Under the pieces are notes generated by a model, which was not told where the DNA came from, did not search any database, and was given only the letters and a program-made list of their open reading frames with translations. Source: an uncultured Clostridium sp. (GTDB lineage Bacteria; Bacillota; Clostridia; TANB77; CAG-508). Taken from it: DNA of 57,715 bases. How positions within the stretch are numbered: the stretch's first letter is position 1; each line of letters begins with the position of its first letter. Positions 10,134 to 19,790 of this stretch are shown here, piece by piece. The stretch spans positions 1-57,715 of the forward strand of contig CANPHV010000001.1 in assembly GCA_947573965.1 (NCBI GenBank), in the 5' to 3' direction. A program made the position numbers and the translations under genes.

Positions 10134-12476
10134 ATGAGAAAGAATAGAGGAATTACCTTAACAGCACTAGTAATAACAATTATTGTATTACTGATTTTAG
10201 TAGGAGTAAGTGTTGCTAGTTTAACAGGAGAAAATGGACTACTTGAGAAATCAGGTAAAGCAGCAAATGAATATAAAAGACAAGCAGCAGAAGAAAAAAT
10301 AAAATTAGCCATAATAGCTTATCAAATAAATAAAGAGAATACAACAGTTTATGATGAATTAATAAAAATAGAAGGTTTAACTTTCATTACGCCAAATGAT
10401 AAAACAGAAGGACCTCCTTATACTGTGATTGTAGATGGATATGAATTTTTTATTAAAGAAGATTTAAAAATTGAATATAAAGGAGAAAAAGACGAGAAAG
10501 GAAATCAACCAGAAATTATAAAAGTAGAATATGAAACAGAAGAAGTAGATAAACTGGAGATAACTATAACTGCTATAACAGAAGATATAGAAGGGTTACA
10601 AGAAATTAGAGTGAATTATAAAAAAGTAGAAGGCGAAGAGATAAAATATGAACTTGTAAAGGTAGAAGAAGTTGGTGGAAAAGAAGCGAGCATAACAGTA
10701 GAAATACCAATAAATGGAGATTATTGTTTACAAGCAATTGGAAAAAATAAGAAAATAGGAAAAAAAGAAATTACCATCAACAATATACGAGAAGGAAGTG
10801 TACTAGTAAGTGTAACAGCAGGAGAAGTAGATGATGAAGCAAAATCAATGTTAACAATAATGGCAGAAAGTCAAGGAAAAGCGATTCAAAAAATGGAGTT
10901 ATTTGTGGCTGGAAAGAGTACAAAGACATATGAATATGAAAGTTTAGAACAAAACAGACAAGAAAATTATAGAATAGAAAATTTAGAGTTTTATAAAAGT
11001 ACAGAGTGCTATGTAAAAGTGTGGGATAATAAGGGAAAAGAAATCATTTCAGAAATAGAAGTTGCAAAAAATACAAAAATAATAAAGACAGCAACAGATT
11101 TAAGAAATTTAGCGATACAAGTAAATGAAGAAGATAATACTTTTGAAGGAAGGACAATTCAAGTAATTGAGGATATAATAGTAGGAAGTAATTGGATACC
11201 AATTGGTTATTGGGATGCAATTGGTCTATTTACAGGAAAAAGTTTTGCTGGAACTTTTGAAGGAAACAACCATACAGTAACAATTCCTTCTTTAAGCAAA
11301 GAGGAAAGATATAAAACTAGTGGACTGTTTGGTATGGTAATAGGGGGAAATATCAGTAATGTAATCGTAAAGGGAACGATGGATGCAAAATGTGAATATG
11401 TGGGAGGTATTGTAGGAGGAATTAAGAATGGAAAAGTAATAAATTGCATAAATAATAGCGAAATTACAGATACTACTTTGAATGGACATGGAGGAATTGT
11501 AGGAATATTAAGTGATAAGAGTCAAATAATCAATTGTATAAACAATGGCACAATATATGGAAATTCAATTGTTGGTGGAATCAGTGGAATCATTGATGAT
11601 GATGGACAAGGAGAATGCAAAATTTTTAATTGTACTAATTCTGGACGTATAAAGTGTTTTGGGACTTCAGAAATGATTTGGGGTACAGCAAAACAAAATT
11701 ATGGTATAGCAGGAGGAATTTGTGGAGAAGCATATGGAGAAAGGCACGTTCCTATTATTGAAAAATGTACAAATACAGGGGAAGTTACAGGAAATGCTTC
11801 TACTATTTTTCCAAATGGAATTGTAACAGGAGGAATTGTAGGATTTAGCCATCAATCTATTATTACGAAATCCAAAAATACAGGAAAAATCCATTATGAT
11901 ATTAATTCAGGAATTACTAATAACGGTGGTGCTTTAGGAGGAATTGTAGGAGCTAGTGTTGTCAATACAATAGTAGAACAATGCTTTAATACAGGTACTG
12001 TTACATCAAAATATAATAATAACTATGGAATGTATAATTCAGGAGGAATTGCTGGATATATGGCTTCTGCCACCATTAAAAATAGTTATAATAGGGGTTC
12101 GATTTATGGTTATGGAAACATTGGAGGAATTATAGGAACGACCGAAGCTATACAAGGAATTCAAGGAAAGAATTATTTTAATAATAATTATAATGCAAGT
12201 GAAATAGTTATGGGACAAACAATAGTAGGAAATTATGGCGGCGAAATCAGTAATGGTGAAGGCTCTTATAATGCGGCAATTATAAATCAAACAGGAGTAG
12301 CGGGAGGAACGAATAATAATTTTGGTGCTTATGAAGAATACACGCTACAACAAATGAAAACGATTGGTTCAGGTTTGCTAACTTTATTGAATAATGGAGA
12401 GGGAAATGGGATTTGGGAACAAAGTCTGAATATCAATGATGGATTTCCTTTTTTAAAAAATAATAGACCAGAATAA
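10134..12476 (+). CDS. large surface protein with pilin-like N-terminus and GLUG-like repeat C-terminal half
   Basis: MRKNRG-ITLTALVITIIVLLILVG (short basic leader ending in G, then a hydrophobic helix; position 5 is A, not E); more than 10 degenerate repeats containing GGIVG/GGIAG/GGICG. Confidence 0.7.
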   Translation: MRKNRGITLTALVITIIVLLILVGVSVASLTGENGLLEKSGKAANEYKRQAAEEKIKLAIIAYQINKENTTVYDELIKIEGLTFITPNDKTEGPPYTVIVDGYEFFIKEDLKIEYKGEKDEKGNQPEIIKVEYETEEVDKLEITITAITEDIEGLQEIRVNYKKVEGEEIKYELVKVEEVGGKEASITVEIPINGDYCLQAIGKNKKIGKKEITINNIREGSVLVSVTAGEVDDEAKSMLTIMAESQGKAIQKMELFVAGKSTKTYEYESLEQNRQENYRIENLEFYKSTECYVKVWDNKGKEIISEIEVAKNTKIIKTATDLRNLAIQVNEEDNTFEGRTIQVIEDIIVGSNWIPIGYWDAIGLFTGKSFAGTFEGNNHTVTIPSLSKEERYKTSGLFGMVIGGNISNVIVKGTMDAKCEYVGGIVGGIKNGKVINCINNSEITDTTLNGHGGIVGILSDKSQIINCINNGTIYGNSIVGGISGIIDDDGQGECKIFNCTNSGRIKCFGTSEMIWGTAKQNYGIAGGICGEAYGERHVPIIEKCTNTGEVTGNASTIFPNGIVTGGIVGFSHQSIITKSKNTGKIHYDINSGITNNGGALGGIVGASVVNTIVEQCFNTGTVTSKYNNNYGMYNSGGIAGYMASATIKNSYNRGSIYGYGNIGGIIGTTEAIQGIQGKNYFNNNYNASEIVMGQTIVGNYGGEISNGEGSYNAAIINQTGVAGGTNNNFGAYEEYTLQQMKTIGSGLLTLLNNGEGNGIWEQSLNINDGFPFLKNNRPE

Positions 12477-12493
12477 AAAAGAAATGATTATAA

Positions 12494-12525
12494 CAAAAAA
12501 AAGAGCTGTTCTTAGGCTCTTTTTA
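12494..12525. terminator. bidirectional terminator shared by the 780-aa gene and rpmB
   Basis: A8, stem AAGAGC/GCTCTT, T5; the right arm overlaps the last codons of rpmB. Confidence 0.6.
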
Positions 12526-12709
12526 CTTTACCATCTTTTAAACATTTTGCACACACATAAATTCTTTTAGTTTCTCCGTTCATATCAACTTTAACTCTTC
12601 TTAAGTTAGGTCTCCAAGTACGAGCAGCCCTGTTACTGATATGAGAACGAGTAATACTAAGTTTATTTCCGTGACTTGCTTTTTTTTGACAAATTTCACA
12701 TACAGCCAT
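12512..12709 (-). CDS. rpmB: 50S ribosomal protein L28
   Basis: 65 aa, MAVCEICQKK...SHGNKLS..RTWRPNL typical of L28. Confidence 0.9.
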   Translation of the reverse strand: MAVCEICQKKASHGNKLSITRSHISNRAARTWRPNLRRVKVDMNGETKRIYVCAKCLKDGKVKRA

Positions 12710-12816
12710 TTCTTAATAGCACCTCCTAAATCTTGATAAATAAATTGACTGATAACAAGTTTAACACAAAAAAATAAAAAAAACAAGTATTTTTCGAAAA
12801 ATATTAAAAAAATTCC

Positions 12817-12844
12817 TTGCAAAATAGGAAAAATGTGGTATAAT
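12817..12844 (+). promoter_or_regulatory. sigma-A promoter upstream of tig
   Basis: TTGCAA, 16 nt, TGgTATAAT (extended -10). Confidence 0.55.
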
Positions 12845-12901
12845 AAAAAAGCTATCGTTTAAATACAAAAACGAGGTTACTTAGGAAAGGATGAAAAAAC
12901 A

Positions 12902-14188
12902 ATGAAATGTAAAGTAGAAGAAACCAAAAATGCAAATGAAGTAAAATTAGAAATAACCATTGAGGCAGAAAAATTTGAAGAAGCCATCAAAAAAGTCTAT
13001 TTTAGAAGTGCAAAATACTTCAATATACCAGGCTTTCGAAAAGGAAAAGCACCAATGCAAATTGTAGAAAAATATTATGGAAAAGAAATCTTTTTCGAAG
13101 ATGCTTTCAACGAAGTAGCAGGAGATGCTTTAGAAGAAGCAGTAGAAGAAAATAAATTAGAAGTTGTAAGTAGACCAGACATCGACGTAACACAAATTGA
13201 AAAAGGAAAAGATGTAATCTTTACAGCAGTAATGCAAACCAAACCAGAAGCAGAACTTGGAAAATATAAAGGTATAGAAATCGAAAAAATTGAGTATAAT
13301 GTAACCGATGAAGATATCGAGCATGAATTAGGACACATGCAAGAACATAACTCAAGATTAATCTCTATCGAAGATAGACCAGTAGAAAGTGGAGACATTG
13401 CAACCATCGATTTTGAAGGATTTGTAGATGGAAAAGCCTTTGAAGGTGGAAAAGCAGAAGGACATGACCTAGAAATAGGAAGCAATACCTTTATTCCAGG
13501 ATTTGAAGACCAAATAATTGGAATGAAAATTGACGAAGAAAAGGACATCCAAGTAAAATTCCCAGACGAATATTTTTCAAAAGACTTAGCTGGAAAAGAT
13601 GCTACTTTTAAAGTAAAAGTTCATGAAATCAAGAAAAAAGAACTTCCAAAATTAGATGACGAATTTGCAAAAGATGTTAGTGAATTTGACACCTTAAAAG
13701 AATTAAAAGAAGATATTAAACAAAAACAACAAAAACAAAATGATGAAAAAGCAAAATACGAAACACAAGAAGCAGTAATGAAGGCTGTTTGTGAAAATGT
13801 AAAAGTAGAAATTCCATCTGGAATGGTAGAAATGGAAGTAGAAAATGCATTAAAAGATATGGAACAAAGATTATCTTATCAAGGACTAAAATTAGAACAA
13901 TATCTTCAAATGATGGGAAAAACCCAAGAAGATTTGAAAAAAGAATATGAGCCTCAAGCAATCGAAGGAATAAAATCAAGATTAGCTTTAGAAGCAGTCA
14001 TTAAAGCAGAAAAAATCGAAGCAACAAACGAAGATATCGATGAAAAATTAAAAGAAATGGCTAAGAACTATGGCAAAGAAAATGATGAAGAATTTATGAA
14101 AAACGAAAACGTTAGAAAATACATAAAAGAAGGATTAGCATCTGAAAAAGCACTAGAATTCTTAGTAAAAAATGCAAAAATGAAATAG
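12902..14188 (+). CDS. tig: trigger factor
   Basis: 428 aa, GFRKGKAP ribosome-binding motif, central FKBP-type PPIase segment, immediately upstream of clpP-clpX. Confidence 0.9.
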   Translation: MKCKVEETKNANEVKLEITIEAEKFEEAIKKVYFRSAKYFNIPGFRKGKAPMQIVEKYYGKEIFFEDAFNEVAGDALEEAVEENKLEVVSRPDIDVTQIEKGKDVIFTAVMQTKPEAELGKYKGIEIEKIEYNVTDEDIEHELGHMQEHNSRLISIEDRPVESGDIATIDFEGFVDGKAFEGGKAEGHDLEIGSNTFIPGFEDQIIGMKIDEEKDIQVKFPDEYFSKDLAGKDATFKVKVHEIKKKELPKLDDEFAKDVSEFDTLKELKEDIKQKQQKQNDEKAKYETQEAVMKAVCENVKVEIPSGMVEMEVENALKDMEQRLSYQGLKLEQYLQMMGKTQEDLKKEYEPQAIEGIKSRLALEAVIKAEKIEATNEDIDEKLKEMAKNYGKENDEEFMKNENVRKYIKEGLASEKALEFLVKNAKMK

Positions 14189-14306
14189 AAAGAAAACAAG
14201 AGAGGTTGGGGAATAAAACGAAAAAGTTTAAATTTATCTCCAACTTTTTGGATTTTAGAAAAACTTCTATATAAAATAGAAGAAACAAATAATGAGGAGG
14301 AAAAGT

Positions 14307-14912
14307 ATGTTAGAGAGAAATAGTTTAGTACCTTATGTTGTAGAACAAACAAGCAAAGGAGAAAGGTCGTATGACATTTTTTCAAGATTATTAAAGGATA
14401 GAATTATATTTTTAGGAGAGGACGTAAATCCAACTACTTCTAGTTTAATTATAGCACAATTATTATTTTTAGAATCAGAAGACCCAGATAAAGATATCAA
14501 TTTATATATCAATTCACCAGGAGGGTCAATTACGGATGGAATGGGAATTATTGATACTATGAATTACATTAAATGTCCGGTATCTACCATATGTGTAGGA
14601 ATGGCAGCAAGTATGGGAGCAGCTCTTTTAGCAGCTGGTGAAAAAGGAAAAAGATTTGCTACGCCAAATGCAGAAATATTAATTCATCAACCATTAATCG
14701 GTGGTGGAGGAATTTCTGGGCAAGCAACAGAAGTAAAAATTCATGCGGACCATTTAGTAAAAACAAGAGAGAAATTAAATAAATTCTTGAGTGATAGAAC
14801 AGGCCAAAGCATTGAAACCATTCAAAATGATACAGAAAGAGATAATTATATGACAGCAGAAGAAGCTTTGAAGTATGGGTTAATCGATGGTATTATGGAT
14901 AAAAGAAAATAA
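14307..14912 (+). CDS. clpP: ATP-dependent Clp protease proteolytic subunit
   Basis: GMAASMGA (active-site Ser), HQP (His); the track start at 14292 lies inside the GAGGAGG RBS, so ATG 14307 is preferred. Confidence 0.9.
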   Translation: MLERNSLVPYVVEQTSKGERSYDIFSRLLKDRIIFLGEDVNPTTSSLIIAQLLFLESEDPDKDINLYINSPGGSITDGMGIIDTMNYIKCPVSTICVGMAASMGAALLAAGEKGKRFATPNAEILIHQPLIGGGGISGQATEVKIHADHLVKTREKLNKFLSDRTGQSIETIQNDTERDNYMTAEEALKYGLIDGIMDKRK

Positions 14913-14949
14913 ATTTGAAAAAGAAGATGATAAAGGGAGAAAATAGAAG

Positions 14950-16275
14950 ATGGCAAAAAATGATATACCGAAAAGTGTAAGATGTTCCTTTTGTGGAAAA
15001 GCACAAGAAAATGTTAAGAAAATAGTAGCAGGACCAGGGGTATATATTTGTGATGAGTGTGTAGAACTTTGTAATAGCATTATTGAAACAGAAGTTTATG
15101 AGGATGAAAAAGCAGGATATTCTTTAAATGAATTAAAAGATATACCAAGTCCAAAAGAAATCAGGAAAATATTAGATGACTATGTAATTGGACAGGAAGA
15201 AGCAAAGAAAACCCTATCAGTAGCGGTTTATAATCATTATAAAAGAGTAGCTCATGAAGAAACGGCATCACAAGACGACGTAGAAATTCAAAAAAGTAAT
15301 ATTTTATTATTGGGACCAACTGGTTGTGGGAAGACATTACTAGCAAGAACTCTTGCTAAAATTTTAAATGTACCTTTTGCAATTGCCGATGCCACAACAT
15401 TAACAGAAGCAGGATATGTAGGGGAAGACGTAGAAAATATTTTACTAAAATTAATCCAAGCAGCAGAAGGGGATATCGAAAAAGCAGAAAAAGGAATTAT
15501 CTATATTGACGAAATTGATAAAATAACTAGAAAATCAGAAAATCCTTCTATTACAAGAGACGTAAGTGGAGAAGGTGTACAACAAGCTTTATTAAAAATT
15601 ATTGAAGGAACGGTTGCATCTGTACCACCACAAGGAGGAAGAAAACATCCAAATCAAGAATTACTTCAAATTAATACAGAAAATATATTAATTATTTGTG
15701 GAGGAGCCTTTGAAGGACTAGAAGACATTATTAAAAATAGAACAGGTGAAAAAGCAATCGGGTTTGGTAGCCAAATTAGGAGCAAAAAGGAAATCAAGCA
15801 ATATGAAATATTCCAAGAGTTATTACCACAAGATTTATTGAAATTTGGTTTAATTCCAGAATTTATTGGAAGATTACCAATTATAGCAACTTTAAGAGAA
15901 TTAGATAAAGAGGCTTTGGTGCAAATTTTAGTAGAACCTAAAAATGCATTAGTAAAACAATATGAAAAGTTATTCCAAATGGATGGTGTTGAATTAGTGT
16001 TTGAAAAAGATGCCATTGAAGCTATTGTAGAGAAAGCCATTGAGAGAAAAACTGGGGCAAGAGGACTTCGTTCGATTATTGAAGAAATTATGAGGGATAT
16101 TATGTATGAAATTCCTTCTAATCCTAATATTGAAAAATGTACTGTAACAAAGGATACTGTCTTAAATGGAGCAGAGCCAGAAATTGTTATTAATGAGCAA
16201 AAAACAGTGCGTAAGCCAATGGTAAAGAAAAAAAGACAAATGCCAGAAAAACAAGATAAAAAAGAAACAGCGTAA
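14950..16275 (+). CDS. clpX: ATP-dependent Clp protease ATP-binding subunit ClpX
   Basis: N-terminal Zn-binding CSFCGK..CDEC, Walker A GPTGCGKT, Walker [10 protein letters not shown]. Confidence 0.95.
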   Translation: MAKNDIPKSVRCSFCGKAQENVKKIVAGPGVYICDECVELCNSIIETEVYEDEKAGYSLNELKDIPSPKEIRKILDDYVIGQEEAKKTLSVAVYNHYKRVAHEETASQDDVEIQKSNILLLGPTGCGKTLLARTLAKILNVPFAIADATTLTEAGYVGEDVENILLKLIQAAEGDIEKAEKGIIYIDEIDKITRKSENPSITRDVSGEGVQQALLKIIEGTVASVPPQGGRKHPNQELLQINTENILIICGGAFEGLEDIIKNRTGEKAIGFGSQIRSKKEIKQYEIFQELLPQDLLKFGLIPEFIGRLPIIATLRELDKEALVQILVEPKNALVKQYEKLFQMDGVELVFEKDAIEAIVEKAIERKTGARGLRSIIEEIMRDIMYEIPSNPNIEKCTVTKDTVLNGAEPEIVINEQKTVRKPMVKKKRQMPEKQDKKETA

Positions 16276-16367
16276 TGGATTTATGCTGTTTTTCTTGATT
16301 TTTTTCTAATCTTATAGTAGAATACTACTAGAAGAGAATAGACAAACTAAAACAAGGAGGGAAAGAG

Positions 16368-18036
16368 ATGCAAGGAATTGGAATTGGAGAAAGTGATTTC
16401 AAAGGATTAAGAATTAGAGATTACTATTTCATTGATAAGTCTTTATTTGTGAAAGATATTATAGACAATAATAGCAAAGTAGTCTTAATTACCAGGCCAA
16501 GAAGATTTGGAAAGACCTTAAATATGAGTATGCTAAAATACTATTTTGATTGTAAAACAACAGATAACCAAGAATTGTTTAAAGGTTTAAAAATTATGGA
16601 ACAGGGAGAGAAATATACTTCTAAGCAAGGGTATTATCCAGTTATTTATATTACACTAAAAGATGTACAAGATAGAAACTATGAAAATATGCTATTAAAT
16701 ATGAAAACTGCAATTTTAGAGATGTATCAAGAACATAGATACTTGTTGGATAGTGAAAGTGTATATCCAGAAGAAAAAGAAAAAATAAAAGAGATTTTGT
16801 ACGCCAAAGAAAATGAAGTAGATTTGAAAAATAGTGTAAAAGAATTATCAAAATACTTAAATCGCCATTATGGAAAGCCAGCAATGTTACTAGTAGATGA
16901 ATATGATGTACCATTGCAAAATGCTTATATAGAAGGATATTATGAAGAAGCAATTAAATTCTTCAAAACCTTTTATGGGGTGACTTTCAAAGATAATCAA
17001 TACTTAGAAAAAACAGTAATTACAGGGGTATCAAGAGTGGCAAAGGAAAGTATTTTTAGTGGTGCCAATAATTTTAAAGTATTTACTATATTAGATAACG
17101 AATTTAGTAGTGATTTTGGAATAACAACAGAAGAAATGGAAAAAGTAATTAGCGATTTTGAAATAGAAGGAGAAAAAGAAGAAATTAGAGAATGGTATGA
17201 TGGCTATACTATAGGAAATTTAACAGGAATTTACAACCCCTGGAGTATTCTAAATTACTTAACAGACAGAAAATTAGTACCATATTGGGTTAACACAAGT
17301 TCTAATGACCTAATTAAATTGATATTAAAAAATTCAACAACCGTAAAAGAAAAAATAGAAAGACTATTAAAAAATGAAGCTATTGAAGTAATCGTAGATC
17401 AAGAAACGGTTATTGTAGGAATTGAACAAAAGGAAGATAATATATGGGGCTTATTAGTAGGAACTGGATACTTAAAAATAGTAGAAACAGTAAATATTAC
17501 AGAAGGAAGATACAAAGTAAAAATTCCCAATTATGAAATAAAAGCTTTATTTCAAAGTATTGTAAGAGACTGGTTTCGAGATAAAGTAATTGGAAATGAT
17601 TTAAACAGTATATTAAAAGATTTAGTAACTTTAAATTTAAAAGAATTTGAGAAAAAATTTAAGATATTAGTAGAGCAAATGTTTAGTTATATGTATGTTG
17701 GAATTAATACAGCCGAAAACTTTTACCATGCCTTTGTACTTCGGAATGTTAGTGGGATTAAAAGATAGTTACTATGTAAATTCTAACCGAGAATCTGGCA
17801 TGGGAAGATATGATATTATGCTAGAACCGCAAGATAAAAATGCAAATAGTTTTATTATGGAATTTAAAGTGCTAGAAGATACCGAAGAAAAAACAATAGA
17901 AGAAACTGTAGAAAATGCTAAAAAGCAAATAGAAGAAAAAAAGTACGAAGAAAATCTGAGAGAAAGAGGTTTTATCAACATTACCAAAATGGTTTTTGCT
18001 TTTAAGGGGAAAGAAGTAAAAATAGAAGTGTATTAA
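16368..18036 (+). CDS. AAA-ATPase_like + PD-(D/E)XK nuclease family protein; needs +1 at CGG 17742-17744
   Basis: N-terminus YYFIDKSLFVKDII..VLITRPRRFGKTLNMSML, C-terminus SNRESGMGRYDIML..FIMEFK; split into track ORFs 16368..17768 and 17695..18036. Confidence 0.8.
17742..17744 (+). other. in-frame CGG / +1 frame-break site
   Basis: CTT CGG AAT ... TAG; CTT (C) GGA ATG TTA GTG GGA restores YHAFVL-G-MLVGL. Confidence 0.85.
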
Positions 18037-18052
18037 ATGTATAGAACATAAG

Positions 18053-18087
18053 TCGTTTTAGAAGTATTAATCTAAAGCGATTTTTTT
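18053..18087 (+). terminator. intrinsic terminator
   Basis: 10-bp stem TCGTTTTAGA/TCTAAAGCGA (one G-U), 8-nt loop, T7. Confidence 0.8.
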
Positions 18088-18185
18088 ATATTGTAGGAAA
18101 ATTAATAAAGGATTAAAAACATGAGGAACTGAAAGAACATTATTTTTAATACAGAATATAATAATACAATTCAGGAGGAACGTAT

Positions 18186-18680
18186 ATGAAAAATAAACCA
18201 TACAATCGACCAGAAGCAATAAGTTATGCTAAAAAATGGGCATTCAAAAGAAATCCAAACTACTACAACTTTGATACCGTAGGAGGAGACTGCACCAGTT
18301 TTGTATCCCAATGTATCTATGCAGGAAGTAAAGTCATGAACTATCAAAAAGACATAGGGTGGTATTATATAAACGGCAATAACAAATCTCCTTCTTGGAG
18401 TGGTGTAGAATATCTGTACCAGTTTCTAAAAAACAATAAAGGGCTAGGTCCACAAGCAGTCGAAACAACCCAAAGCAAAATAGAAACTGGAGATATTGCA
18501 CAACTATCCTTTGATGGAAAACAATATGGGCATACTTTACTTATCGTAGAAATAGAAAATAAATTTAGCTTAAAAGGTATCAAAATAGCTTCCCATACCT
18601 TTGACAGTTTCGGAAAAGCAATTTCAGAATATGAATTTCAAAAAATCAGATGGTTACATATTGAAAAAATAGGGATTTAA
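18186..18680 (+). CDS. putative amidase-domain protein (papain-like Cys fold)
   Basis: YNRPEAISYAKKWA...GGDCTSFVSQCIYAG...GHTLLIV pattern. Confidence 0.7.
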   Translation: MKNKPYNRPEAISYAKKWAFKRNPNYYNFDTVGGDCTSFVSQCIYAGSKVMNYQKDIGWYYINGNNKSPSWSGVEYLYQFLKNNKGLGPQAVETTQSKIETGDIAQLSFDGKQYGHTLLIVEIENKFSLKGIKIASHTFDSFGKAISEYEFQKIRWLHIEKIGI

Positions 18681-18709
18681 GAGAAAATTAAGTTTTTCTC
18701 TATTTTTTA
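18681..18709 (+). terminator. intrinsic terminator
   Basis: stem GAGAAAA/TTTTCTC followed by TATTTTTT. Confidence 0.65.
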
Positions 18710-18752
18710 TTCAGAAAAGATATGTTATACTAATAACGAAGGGGAAATGAAA

Positions 18753-19448
18753 ATGTATAATATATTAGTAGTTGATGATGATAAAGAAATAGTTGGAGCC
18801 ATTGATATTTATTTGAAAAAAGAAGGCTATCATATCTTAAAAGCTTATAATGGAAAACAAGCTTTAGAAATCATAGCAGAAAACGAAATTCATCTTGTTT
18901 TATTAGATATCATGATGCCAGAAAAAGATGGAATGGAAACCTTAGAGGAACTTAGGAAAACCAAAAGCATACCTGTTATCTTGCTATCTGCTAAATCAGA
19001 AGACTATGACAAAATAGGAGGACTAAATTCAGGAGCCGATGACTATATCACAAAACCCTTTAATCCATTAGAACTAATTGCAAGAGTGAATTCAAATTTA
19101 AGAAGATATGTAAGCTTTGGAGCTTTAGACAATAAAGAAAATAGTAAAATTTATCAAACAGGAGAGCTTGTAATCAATGACGAAACCAAAAAAGTAACAG
19201 TAGATGGAAAAGAAGTTAAACTAACAGCGACCGAATATAATATTTTAAAATTTTTATTAGAAAACAAAGGAAAAGTATATTCCATTCCACAAATTTATGA
19301 AAATGTTTGGAAAGAAGAAGGCTTTGGAGCCGAAAATATAATAGCTGTGCATATAAGACATATTCGAGAAAAAATCGAAATTAATCCCAAAGAGCCAAGA
19401 TATTTAAAAGTTATATGGGGGGTAGGATATAAAATCGAAGCAGAGTAA
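18753..19448 (+). CDS. OmpR-family response regulator
   Basis: receiver domain (VVDDD, LLDIMMP, SAKS) and winged-helix output (LTATEYNILKFL, VWGVGYK); ATG 18753 has better RBS spacing than 18747. Confidence 0.9.
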   Translation: MYNILVVDDDKEIVGAIDIYLKKEGYHILKAYNGKQALEIIAENEIHLVLLDIMMPEKDGMETLEELRKTKSIPVILLSAKSEDYDKIGGLNSGADDYITKPFNPLELIARVNSNLRRYVSFGALDNKENSKIYQTGELVINDETKKVTVDGKEVKLTATEYNILKFLLENKGKVYSIPQIYENVWKEEGFGAENIIAVHIRHIREKIEINPKEPRYLKVIWGVGYKIEAE

Positions 19449-19449
19449 G

Positions 19450-19773
19450 GTGCATTGGGGACGTTTCTTTTTGCACATTTTTGTGCATTTGGGACATATC
19501 TCTGAGGATTAAATAATACATTTCTTAAAGAATTATAAATTATCAAAAATGCTCGTTCAAGCTGATTTTCAGAGAAATTCTAAATTCATAATAGGGTCCC
19601 TTTCCGCGTCAAGCGCGAACACTTTCCCTATTATGAATTAAGAATTTCTAACTTCAATCACTTTCAATGCGCTTTTTTCAAATTTATAATTCTTTAGGAA
19701 ATTGTCTAATTTTAAGAATAGAGATGTGTCCCAAATGCACAAAAATGTGCAAAAAGAAACGTCCCCAATGCAC
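19450..19773. mobile_element. 324-bp foldback (MITE-like) element between response regulator and kinase genes
   Basis: 53-bp terminal inverted repeats 19450-19502 and 19721-19773 (52/53 identical); further matched inverted blocks inward (ATTTCYTAAAGAATTATAAATT, AGAAATTCTWAATTCATAATAGGG); no credible ORF. Confidence 0.7.
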
Positions 19774-19790
19774 AGAGAGGAGAAAAGAAA

